This document shows positions 19,176 through 26,582 of a stretch of 64,000 bases of DNA, in pieces. Both the position numbers and the translations under genes were made by a program. Below the pieces are notes generated by a model. The model was not told the origin of the DNA. It did not search any database and saw only the letters and a list, made by a program, of their open reading frames with translations. Location: the IMG/VR virus record IMGVR_UViG_3300017781_004450, positions 13,088 to 77,087 of that record. One strand, given 5' to 3'. The stretch is from a virus. Each line of letters opens with the position of its first letter. Within the stretch, counting starts at the first letter, position 1.

Positions 19176-19739
19176 ATGACCATAAAGTTATACAGAAAAA
19201 TAGTCATTGAAGCAGATACAGCTCGTGAAAATCTAGTGCAAGAAAAGTTGCCCTATGAGAAGAATGAGCTTGAAGTAATGAGCAGCGACACACTTGATTA
19301 TCACTACGGCAAACTTGCATCAGCGTATGTTAAAAGATACAATGATAAGGATGGCGATGATGATTTTAATTATGGCGGTGCAAAATTACATAATTTGTTC
19401 TTCCCACAGTTACAACCTGTTTCTGCAGGTAATAAACCTACAGGCATATCGCAGGAACTTATTGATAGCAACTTTGGTTCTTTTGAAAGTTTCAAAGAAG
19501 AATTTTCAAAAGTAGCTATGGGCATTCAAGGTTCCGGTTGGTTGTACTTAGATACAAAAGGACGAATCAAAACAATTAAAAATCACGGTTATAAACGTGG
19601 AATGAAAATTGCTTTGTTAGTTGACTGGTGGGAACATGCATGGGCACTAGATTATCAAGCAGATAAATCAAAGTACCTTGCTAATATTTGGAAGATTATA
19701 AATTGGTCAGTAATCAATGACCGCATACAAGGAGAATAA
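19176..19739 (+). CDS. sod: Fe/Mn superoxide dismutase
   Basis: LPYEKNEL, DYHYGK, LHNLFF, IQGSGW, DWWEHAW; start revised to the ATG just after TATAAATA. Confidence 0.9.
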   Translation: MTIKLYRKIVIEADTARENLVQEKLPYEKNELEVMSSDTLDYHYGKLASAYVKRYNDKDGDDDFNYGGAKLHNLFFPQLQPVSAGNKPTGISQELIDSNFGSFESFKEEFSKVAMGIQGSGWLYLDTKGRIKTIKNHGYKRGMKIALLVDWWEHAWALDYQADKSKYLANIWKIINWSVINDRIQGE

Positions 19740-19740
19740 T

Positions 19741-19911
19741 ATGAATCCTATTAATTGGGTAAAAGATAGACTAGAAGAAAGAACATCCTGGGACGGTGCA
19801 GTCCTTATTGGAGTTGGTGTAGTTGTTCTAATCGCAGGACCATTTGCGAAATTAGCAGCATATGCAGCAATCGGATATGGTATTTGGACACTATGGAAAA
19901 AACAGGACTAG
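19741..19911 (+). CDS. small membrane protein (two TM segments)
   Basis: AGGAG SD; ERTSWDGAVLIGVGVVVL... Confidence 0.7.
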   Translation: MNPINWVKDRLEERTSWDGAVLIGVGVVVLIAGPFAKLAAYAAIGYGIWTLWKKQD

Positions 19912-20225
19912 TTAAATTAACTCAATCAGCGGTCGATCACATGACCAAGCTGATAGACGAACAAGGTAAACCCATCGTCAGACTTCAAGTCAAGGGCGGT
20001 GGGTGTGCCGGTTTTCAGTATGAATGGTCCATGACTGAAGCCTTAGAAGAAAAAGATGAAGTAGTTGACTTACCAAACGGTCAATTTGCTATTGATCAAT
20101 TTAGTGTAATGTATGTTGCAGGTACTGAAGTTGATTTTATTAAAGAAGTGTTTGGATCCCAACTTATAATTAGAAATCCTAATGCAACGTCAAGCTGCGG
20201 CTGTGGCGAGAGTTTTGCGGCTTAG
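19893..20225 (+). CDS. iscA: A-type Fe-S carrier (IscA/HesB/ErpA family)
   Basis: VKGGGCAGFQY and NPNATSSCGCGESF. Confidence 0.9.
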   Translation: MEKTGLVKLTQSAVDHMTKLIDEQGKPIVRLQVKGGGCAGFQYEWSMTEALEEKDEVVDLPNGQFAIDQFSVMYVAGTEVDFIKEVFGSQLIIRNPNATSSCGCGESFAA

Positions 20226-21239
20226 GTCATAATCTAACAAAGCCTTACTAGCAAGATTTTTTGCCTTGCTTTCGCACATAATATCTGCCGAGTCACGGAA
20301 GGACAAAGCCCAGTCATTAACTGTATTGTTAGGATAGTAATCACTATGGGCTCTAAGTTTTTGCTTTTTGTGGCCTGCCTCTAGTAACTGTTCCATGTTA
20401 GGCATTGTGTCGTGTGCAAAGTCTTGCGGTAACCATTCGTCTCGACTGTATGAATAATGTATCACAGGTCGTACACCACGCCACGAATCTATCATGCGTA
20501 GATATCTATCGTCGGTGGGCAGTATATATTCGCCTGTGCGGACCCAGTGATGGTGTATGTCCAATACCAATGCACATGTGTCGACAAGTTCGAGGGAGGC
20601 TTCGATGCCCCACGACATTTCGTCGTTCTCGATTGTGATGCAGTTTCTCGCTTCTGGAGAAAGTCTTTTGTTAACTGCGTGTATGATACCGGCTGGACCT
20701 TGTCTACCTGATATATGGACATTGCACTTGAAGTCTTGGAAGGTCTTGCCGTATCCCATCCAGCGTATGACATCGGTGTGATATTCAAATTCTTCTATGC
20801 TCCTCTCTACAATTTCGGGGTTGTCGCTCGCAAGTACAGTAAATTGGCCTGGGTGCATCGATAGTCGGACATCGAGGGCTCTTGCCCTTTCGCCGATCGG
20901 TGCAAAGTGTTTCTCACAGTATTCGCGGACGTCTGGCTTACGCCAATAATAGCCCCAAGTAGGCTCAGTATAAACAGGAAGTACATCGCTACCCAGTCGT
21001 ACCATTCGCAACTCATCTGTCAAACTCCCTACGTACTCTATCAAATTAGCATAGCTCTGTATGTTGTGGACCATGATATCCCACAAGCGTTGTTCTGCAT
21101 CTTCACGTGTTTGCCTGTTGAGCCATTGTACTGTTGTACTGCGAGTATTTAGTGGTCGTTGGATCTCTTCTAGCAGTTTCTTCTTCTGCGTCTGATCGTG
21201 CCACATGTATTTGCAGGCAAAGCCTATTCTCTTATTCAT
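20190..21239 (-). CDS. uvsE: UV-damage endonuclease UvsE/UVDE
   Basis: RIGFAC, RLSMHPGQFTVLAS, ITIEND, LVLDIHHH, HYS, AHSDY, DIMCESKAK. Confidence 0.9.
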   Translation of the reverse strand: MNKRIGFACKYMWHDQTQKKKLLEEIQRPLNTRSTTVQWLNRQTREDAEQRLWDIMVHNIQSYANLIEYVGSLTDELRMVRLGSDVLPVYTEPTWGYYWRKPDVREYCEKHFAPIGERARALDVRLSMHPGQFTVLASDNPEIVERSIEEFEYHTDVIRWMGYGKTFQDFKCNVHISGRQGPAGIIHAVNKRLSPEARNCITIENDEMSWGIEASLELVDTCALVLDIHHHWVRTGEYILPTDDRYLRMIDSWRGVRPVIHYSYSRDEWLPQDFAHDTMPNMEQLLEAGHKKQKLRAHSDYYPNNTVNDWALSFRDSADIMCESKAKNLASKALLDYDLSRKTLATAAA

Positions 21240-21241
21240 GC

Positions 21242-21976
21242 TTATAGTATACTATCTTGTGAGGTTGATGTCAATCGTGAATCGCTTAATATTCTAAATG
21301 TTTCTTTCCAATCATTAACATGATAAATTTTTGAACGTTTAAAGTTTTGTCTTAGTGCTTCGGCAATAGGAAAGTCATTACCTGCAGGATCACAACGATC
21401 GCCAAAAAACAAAATACTATCGTCTTTATCAAAGTCTACAAGTATCTGACTTTTATCTGAACCTATAGGTGCAATGTCTAACCCTGTTTCTCCACCCACT
21501 GTTGCTCTTAAGTTCTGAAATTCTTTGTTAAACAAGTCAGCAATAAGATTTCTTTCTTTATGTTTAGTATCATACTTTGCATACAACTTACGTTCTCCTA
21601 TTGTAGCATTACGACCTACAACGCTAAAGTTTATCATACCTGGGCGTTCTTCAATATGTAGTCCTGTACGTAATGGAAACTCACTTTCCTCTAATTTGTC
21701 TAATAGGAATGTTTTAGCGTTATGTGGAAGTTTCCAATCGCTTCGTCTTACGTTTTCATTTGACTTGTATACGTCTGAACCGCTACAATTATAAGCACGT
21801 CTAGCCAAGCCGTAGATAACATTACCTACCTGTTCCACAGTTTTCTTTTTATCGCTACCTGTAACGAGATAAACTTTGTTTTCTGTGCAGAAGTCAAAAA
21901 AGAACTTTGAAAATTCTTCGTCCATCTTCTGACGACTTGGCGTCAATGTACCGTCTACATCAAATATAAACTTCAT
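21242..21976 (-). CDS. HAD-superfamily phosphomannomutase-like enzyme (eukaryote-type PMM family)
   Basis: FDVDGTLTPSR, VTGSD, IEERPGMINFSVVGR, FFGDRCDPAGNDFPI. Confidence 0.85.
   Translation of the reverse strand: MKFIFDVDGTLTPSRQKMDEEFSKFFFDFCTENKVYLVTGSDKKKTVEQVGNVIYGLARRAYNCSGSDVYKSNENVRRSDWKLPHNAKTFLLDKLEESEFPLRTGLHIEERPGMINFSVVGRNATIGERKLYAKYDTKHKERNLIADLFNKEFQNLRATVGGETGLDIAPIGSDKSQILVDFDKDDSILFFGDRCDPAGNDFPIAEALRQNFKRSKIYHVNDWKETFRILSDSRLTSTSQDSIL
21246..21274 (-). promoter_or_regulatory. sigma70-type promoter TTGACA-17-TATACT, 6 nt before the uvsE ATG (leaderless)
   Basis: tgtcaa 21269-21274; agtata 21246-21251; ATG at 21239; embedded in the 3' end of the upstream gene. Confidence 0.75.
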
Positions 21977-21981
21977 ACTGA

Positions 21982-22122
21982 TTATTCCTCTACCGGAATA
22001 TCAGTGTATAGTCTTTCGTACTGGTCCCAAAACATGTATTCGTCATACACTTGAGAACCGTATAATATTGCAAACTCTAGCAAAACTATTATAACAAGTA
22101 CTTTTATTATTGTATTAAGCAT
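21982..22122 (-). CDS. small membrane protein
   Basis: AAAGGA SD before ATG 22122; one TM segment. Confidence 0.55.
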   Translation of the reverse strand: MLNTIIKVLVIIVLLEFAILYGSQVYDEYMFWDQYERLYTDIPVEE

Positions 22123-22132
22123 AATGTCCTTT

Positions 22133-22957
22133 CTAAATTTTAGCCTTAGGATTTTTCTTTCTAAAACGATCAAACAGTTGTTTGATACGCTTCACCTTTG
22201 CAACAACATTATCTGTTTTTGCAAACTTGTGATGATTTGCATATGTAAATGCATCTTCAATATCTTTTTCAAGTTGACCAGCTTCATCTATGATAATTTC
22301 ATGATCATGTAGCATACTTCTACTAATAGGCACAAACTGTGCAAGTGGTGTTCCAGCTTTAACTAGAGTTTCTCCTTCTAGTACATGCCAAAATAATTGT
22401 ATTGGAATGGCATGCATGTACATAGGATCAACTATACCATACGCAGCCGTAAATCTTGTTTCATTGTTGTAGGTTACAGGCATTTGCATTAGTAACATAT
22501 CGTCACTTGCTTTTACACGCCAAGGCGTTTCAACTTTAACTGCTGAATTCAAGTAAGGTTTGTTTGTGTTATCAGTATCATGAGGAATAAGTGGCTCAGT
22601 TTGCCAAGGTGCATGCCAATTAATGTAATATTCCCAACCTTGTATATGGTAATTTCCTGTGCTAGGTTTTACAAACTTAAAAGGAACTTCCCAAGCAACA
22701 CCACTATCTACTCCGGGACCTGTTTTAATTACAAAATCTGCAGGAGCTCTCATGATATACCCTGACTTCATAAGTGGCTTAATACCAGGACAGTTTTTAG
22801 AAAGTTGATTGCCGCTCTCAGGCCTAACTCTACGTGTTCCAACATCATTGAATCCACGGTCTGCTTTACCAGCAGGCTCAATAGGATACAATTCTGCTAC
22901 ATTTGGATCTAAAGAATAGAAACGTAGCCAGGATTTTTTCTTTCTAAAGTTAAACAT
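22133..22957 (-). CDS. hypothetical phage protein (beta-rich, CPG...PW...GTPLAQ family)
   Basis: 274 aa ORF with its own promoter; similar in style to 62273-62995. Confidence 0.7.
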   Translation of the reverse strand: MFNFRKKKSWLRFYSLDPNVAELYPIEPAGKADRGFNDVGTRRVRPESGNQLSKNCPGIKPLMKSGYIMRAPADFVIKTGPGVDSGVAWEVPFKFVKPSTGNYHIQGWEYYINWHAPWQTEPLIPHDTDNTNKPYLNSAVKVETPWRVKASDDMLLMQMPVTYNNETRFTAAYGIVDPMYMHAIPIQLFWHVLEGETLVKAGTPLAQFVPISRSMLHDHEIIIDEAGQLEKDIEDAFTYANHHKFAKTDNVVAKVKRIKQLFDRFRKKNPKAKI

Positions 22958-22963
22958 ACTTAC

Positions 22964-22992
22964 AGTATACAGTCATTATTTCCAGTTGTCAA
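22964..22992 (-). promoter_or_regulatory. sigma70-type promoter TTGACA-17-TATACT, 6 nt before ATG 22957 (leaderless)
   Basis: tgtcaa 22987-22992; agtata 22964-22969. Confidence 0.75.
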
Positions 22993-23791
22993 CAATTAAC
23001 TTGTCTTTTACTTGTCCAGGATTTGGATCGCCATGAAATACCATGATAGAATTGTCTTTTGGAGCAACTATATCATCTCTAATAGTTTTAAACTGTCTTT
23101 GTCCGTCTTTCATATGAAGTTCAGTCTTATCTCGTATTTCCCATTTATAACTCATTACCCATTCTTCAGGCCAAAACTTAAGAACTTCTCTACAATTTTG
23201 CCAAATCCAATCTTGATCTCCATGCAGTCTTTGTGCCTGTGCCGGATTAGCCATAAAGTTATTATAAACGTGAGATTGTGTTCTTGCATTCCATGCCATA
23301 ACAGAACTATTTAGGTATTTGTAGTTTGGATGAAACTTTCTATTAAAGTCTCTAATGCCCATAAAATCATCTAACCAAACATTACATAGTTTATCAATGT
23401 TCTTATGGATAACAACATCTAAGTCCATATATAATATTCTACCTTCTAAAGGAAGAGTAGGATCAAACATGTGAACTTTATGCCACCAACCTCTTGCATA
23501 ACCTTTATTAGGTACAACAATATTGTTTACACCTTCAAGAGGTTTAGGATCGTCTGTTAAACAGTTAAAACGATATGGTACAGTAATATGCCTTGCGACC
23601 ATGTCACGTAACTTTATAACATACTCGTTTCCGTACTTGTTGCCAAAGCGTACACAAAGGATTTGTGTAACAGGTCCGTTCTCATTCTTGTCTCGAAAGT
23701 TATTTGTCTTTCGCAGTTCTTTTTCTAACCGCCTGGCAGCCTTTTGTGCTTTACGTTCTGCTTTTGTGAAGTTGTGATTTTCTAATGCCAT
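22976..23791 (-). CDS. GT-A fold glycosyltransferase
   Basis: CVRFGNKYGNEYV, GWWHKVHMF, LYMDLDVVI (DxD), NSSVM, GDQDWI, VFHGDPNP. Confidence 0.8.
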   Translation of the reverse strand: MALENHNFTKAERKAQKAARRLEKELRKTNNFRDKNENGPVTQILCVRFGNKYGNEYVIKLRDMVARHITVPYRFNCLTDDPKPLEGVNNIVVPNKGYARGWWHKVHMFDPTLPLEGRILYMDLDVVIHKNIDKLCNVWLDDFMGIRDFNRKFHPNYKYLNSSVMAWNARTQSHVYNNFMANPAQAQRLHGDQDWIWQNCREVLKFWPEEWVMSYKWEIRDKTELHMKDGQRQFKTIRDDIVAPKDNSIMVFHGDPNPGQVKDKLIVDNWK

Positions 23792-23797
23792 TCATTT

Positions 23798-24565
23798 TTA
23801 CTCAGCATGACGGACTATACTGTCAACAACAGCTTCAAAGTCATGTAAATGGAGTGCGTTAGGACCGTCACTAGGTGCATTGTCTGGATCTTGATGTACT
23901 TCTAAAAAGAAGTCTCTAATACCCAAAGCACTACCTGCACGACATAAGCCAGGAACGTAATCGCGATTGCCGCCGCTACTACTTCCATTGCCGCCTGGTT
24001 TCTGTACTGCGTGGGTTGCATCAAGAACAATAGGGGTATTATAATTACTAAGCATGTAGTCCAAGCCAGTAAAATCAACGACAAGAGTATTGTATCCAAA
24101 ACTCGTTCCTCTCTCAGTTATCCAAACTTCTTTAGCACCTGTTGTCTTTGACAGTATACTTTCAACGTCCCAAGGTGCAAGAAACTGACCTTTTTTAATA
24201 TTAACAATCTTGTCTGTAGCACAAGCAGCCTTTACTAGATCTGTTTGTCTACATAAAAACGCAGGAATTTGTAATGCATCAACTACATCGTTGTATGCTT
24301 CAGTGATGTATTGAATTTGTTCTACAGTATGTACATCAGTGATTGTGTTTACTCCAAACTCATTTTTCAATGCTTCAAAGTCGGTAAGTGTTGCGTCCAT
24401 ACCGATACCACGTATTCCTTTGATACTAGATCTATTTGCTTTATCAAAACTAGCTTTAAAGTAATAGTCAATACCGTGTTTATCACAAACACGTTTACAT
24501 TCTTTTGCAATCATTGCACTATCAGTTAGTGTCTCGTGTTGACACGGTCCTGCAATTATTCTCAT
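23798..24565 (-). CDS. kdsA: KDO 8-phosphate synthase
   Basis: IIAGPC, KASFDKANRSS, QIPAFLCRQT, KKGQFL, ERGTSFGY, DATHAVQ, SDGPN. Confidence 0.93.
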   Translation of the reverse strand: MRIIAGPCQHETLTDSAMIAKECKRVCDKHGIDYYFKASFDKANRSSIKGIRGIGMDATLTDFEALKNEFGVNTITDVHTVEQIQYITEAYNDVVDALQIPAFLCRQTDLVKAACATDKIVNIKKGQFLAPWDVESILSKTTGAKEVWITERGTSFGYNTLVVDFTGLDYMLSNYNTPIVLDATHAVQKPGGNGSSSGGNRDYVPGLCRAGSALGIRDFFLEVHQDPDNAPSDGPNALHLHDFEAVVDSIVRHAE

Positions 24566-24571
24566 AATTTA

Positions 24572-25021
24572 CTACCCTTCGTAGATTGCTGAGTTGGCAC
24601 CATGCTCTGAACACTCAACACTTACACAATAGCAACGATTATTTGTTTTTTCTCTAATCAAATTGTTTGCAAAGTTAAATGCATGTTCTGCAAATTTTTC
24701 TGCACCAACACCATCGAATTGTCTAATCTCTGCAAGTCCAAGTGTTTCTAAACGTAGTAGTTCGTCCTTCATCGGATCTACTTCGTCGATACAAGTTTTG
24801 TGATCAAAACTATCTTCAAGCCAAGCCTTCAGCGGTTTAAGTCCACCAAAGTCAACTGCCCAATTTTTATTATCTAGATCATTACATCCAAAAGTAAATT
24901 TAAATGCTAAACTATAACCGTGTAGCAAATGACAATGTGAATGATCTGCGTTCGGCTGCCTAAACACCGCACTAAGGCCAATGTTATGACCATAAGTTTT
25001 TGTACTAAAGTATTTTCCCAT
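24572..25021 (-). CDS. queD: 6-pyruvoyl-tetrahydropterin / 6-carboxytetrahydropterin synthase (QueD/PTPS family)
   Basis: HCHLLHGYS, VDFGGLK, FDHK, C-terminal EHGANSAIY. Confidence 0.85.
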   Translation of the reverse strand: MGKYFSTKTYGHNIGLSAVFRQPNADHSHCHLLHGYSLAFKFTFGCNDLDNKNWAVDFGGLKPLKAWLEDSFDHKTCIDEVDPMKDELLRLETLGLAEIRQFDGVGAEKFAEHAFNFANNLIREKTNNRCYCVSVECSEHGANSAIYEG

Positions 25022-25025
25022 ATTT

Positions 25026-25085
25026 TTATCTCCTATATATGAGCGGCAGAATTGGAAGGGTTGACGCTAAGACCTTGTTAAACAT
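25026..25085 (-). CDS. candidate leaderless 19-aa uORF upstream of queD (MFNKVLASTLPILPLIYRR*)
   Basis: ATG 7 nt after the TATAAT -10 box; its stop follows the queD SD (AGGAGA-TAA) and lies 4 nt before the queD ATG. Confidence 0.35.
   Translation of the reverse strand: MFNKVLASTLPILPLIYRR
25041..25077 (-). ncRNA. candidate preQ1-I-like H-type pseudoknot in the queD 5' leader
   Basis: CAAGG-UCUUAGCGUCAAC-CCUU-CCAAUUCUGC-CGCU: P1 AAGG/CCUU, P2 AGCG/CGCU; a GC-rich patch in an AT-rich leader. Confidence 0.4.
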
Positions 25086-25092
25086 ATTACTA

Positions 25093-25120
25093 ATTATACA
25101 CGAATTAAGATATTTGTCAA
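25093..25120 (-). promoter_or_regulatory. sigma70-type promoter TTGACA-16-TATAAT for queD-kdsA-GT
   Basis: tgtcaa 25115-25120; attata 25093-25098. Confidence 0.75.
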
Positions 25121-25728
25121 GATATTGATTTATAAAATTTTTCAAAGTGAACATTCGGCTTTTGCCATATAGGCGGAAAGTCCCATTCGTGCATATTTTT
25201 TATTGTAAAATTTTTGTGAGGATGATTTTTGAATACTTCGCCAATTTGTATTTTCCAATAACTAGGATCGATTGGATGCGTATCAGCGTCAGCATAATTG
25301 TTTGTTCCTTTGTATAAGTTATTAACTTTGTCGTTATTACCGTAAAGATCAAAACCTAACAATGTAATATTATCTGACTCAAGAGTTGCAGCAAGTAAAA
25401 CAGCATAAGGACCACTGCCCCAGTTAATAGGCTGATTATGTTTTTGTTCGTCTTTAGGAGATATGTAAGGAACAGAATTTATTCTTTTATCTTTACGAAC
25501 TTTACGGAAGTATTGATAGTTTTCACCACGGACATAAATTTTTGTGTCCTTTGTGTTCTCTCCTTCTGTTGCTTCTAACACCATACGTCTATCACAACAC
25601 ACAAGATGATCAACGACCATATCTCTATGTACTGCGTTACAACCTACTATAGTATAATGTGGATATATGTGAGCTAGATCTAGCCCCTTGCGACTTTCTC
25701 CGTTACCTAAAACTAAAGTCCCGGACAC
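25117..25728 (-). CDS. DUF115/MAF-like (sialyltransferase-like) protein
   Basis: VLGNGESR, VGCNA, DHLVCCD, GSGPYA, ITLLGFDLYG; GTG 25728 is the likely start (track gives 25761). Confidence 0.6.
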   Translation of the reverse strand: MSGTLVLGNGESRKGLDLAHIYPHYTIVGCNAVHRDMVVDHLVCCDRRMVLEATEGENTKDTKIYVRGENYQYFRKVRKDKRINSVPYISPKDEQKHNQPINWGSGPYAVLLAATLESDNITLLGFDLYGNNDKVNNLYKGTNNYADADTHPIDPSYWKIQIGEVFKNHPHKNFTIKNMHEWDFPPIWQKPNVHFEKFYKSIS

Positions 25729-25733
25729 TCCCG

Positions 25734-26549
25734 CTACCTGATTTCTCCAAACGGTGCCCATATGCCAGGGTTACCTGCTTGGATACAAACCCAACCAATG
25801 TATGACTTCTGTCTTGCTCTTGAGTTCCAGCAAATATCACCTTGATTAAAGTTACCACCTTGTGGTGCTTCAACGCCGTTGATATGAAGTGCATTGTTGA
25901 ATTTAATTGCGCCCCTAACATGTAAGTCAACTGTGCTATCTGGGTTGGAAACACCTACTGCTAGTTTGCCTCCAACAAAGCCGTCTTTAGCAATGCGTAC
26001 ATCGCCGCCAGCTTCAACAGTTAGTCTTACTTGATTGTCTGTTTTTACATCTAATTGATGGCTACCAAATGTACCAACAAATCCTTTTGTTGATTCATCT
26101 GTACCGATAATCATTTCTACGCCATCTTCTGCAATACTTACAGCCGCATTTGGCTGCTCAGTACCAATACCTAATCTATCATTATGTGAATTAAAGTAAA
26201 CGTATTGATTAATTGAAACATCACCGTCTACTACCAGTCCTCTTAATCTACCTAGTGATTTTAAGTTACTGTTTACTACACTTGTACCTAGTGTATCTAG
26301 TGTTAGTACTTCTAAGTTGTTTATTTTAACTGCTTTATTTTTAGCAAGATCAATATTCTCTGTTGAAAAGATACTCTTTGTATCTTCCATATAGGATAAT
26401 TGTTTAGTGTAGTCTTTGCCAGCCCAGAATAGGCCCTTACCGTTAATGTCGGTAGTGAATTTAATTGACTGATTTGATGCCCATCCACCGTCTGATGTTA
26501 GAGCTGATTCTAGCTCAGTTAGGGCTTGATTAAGTTTTGCATTGTCCAT
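25734..26549 (-). CDS. virion/tail-associated protein
   Basis: DRLGIGTEQP and KLAVGVSNP fibre-type motifs; TAAATA-N5-ATG upstream. Confidence 0.6.
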   Translation of the reverse strand: MDNAKLNQALTELESALTSDGGWASNQSIKFTTDINGKGLFWAGKDYTKQLSYMEDTKSIFSTENIDLAKNKAVKINNLEVLTLDTLGTSVVNSNLKSLGRLRGLVVDGDVSINQYVYFNSHNDRLGIGTEQPNAAVSIAEDGVEMIIGTDESTKGFVGTFGSHQLDVKTDNQVRLTVEAGGDVRIAKDGFVGGKLAVGVSNPDSTVDLHVRGAIKFNNALHINGVEAPQGGNFNQGDICWNSRARQKSYIGWVCIQAGNPGIWAPFGEIR

Positions 26550-26554
26550 ATTAG

Positions 26555-26560
26555 TATTTA
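26555..26560 (-). promoter_or_regulatory. late TAAATA box 5 nt before ATG 26549
   Basis: GGA-TAAATA-CTAAT-ATG on the minus strand. Confidence 0.7.
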
Positions 26561-26582
26561 TCCTTTATACAGAAAAGCCGGT

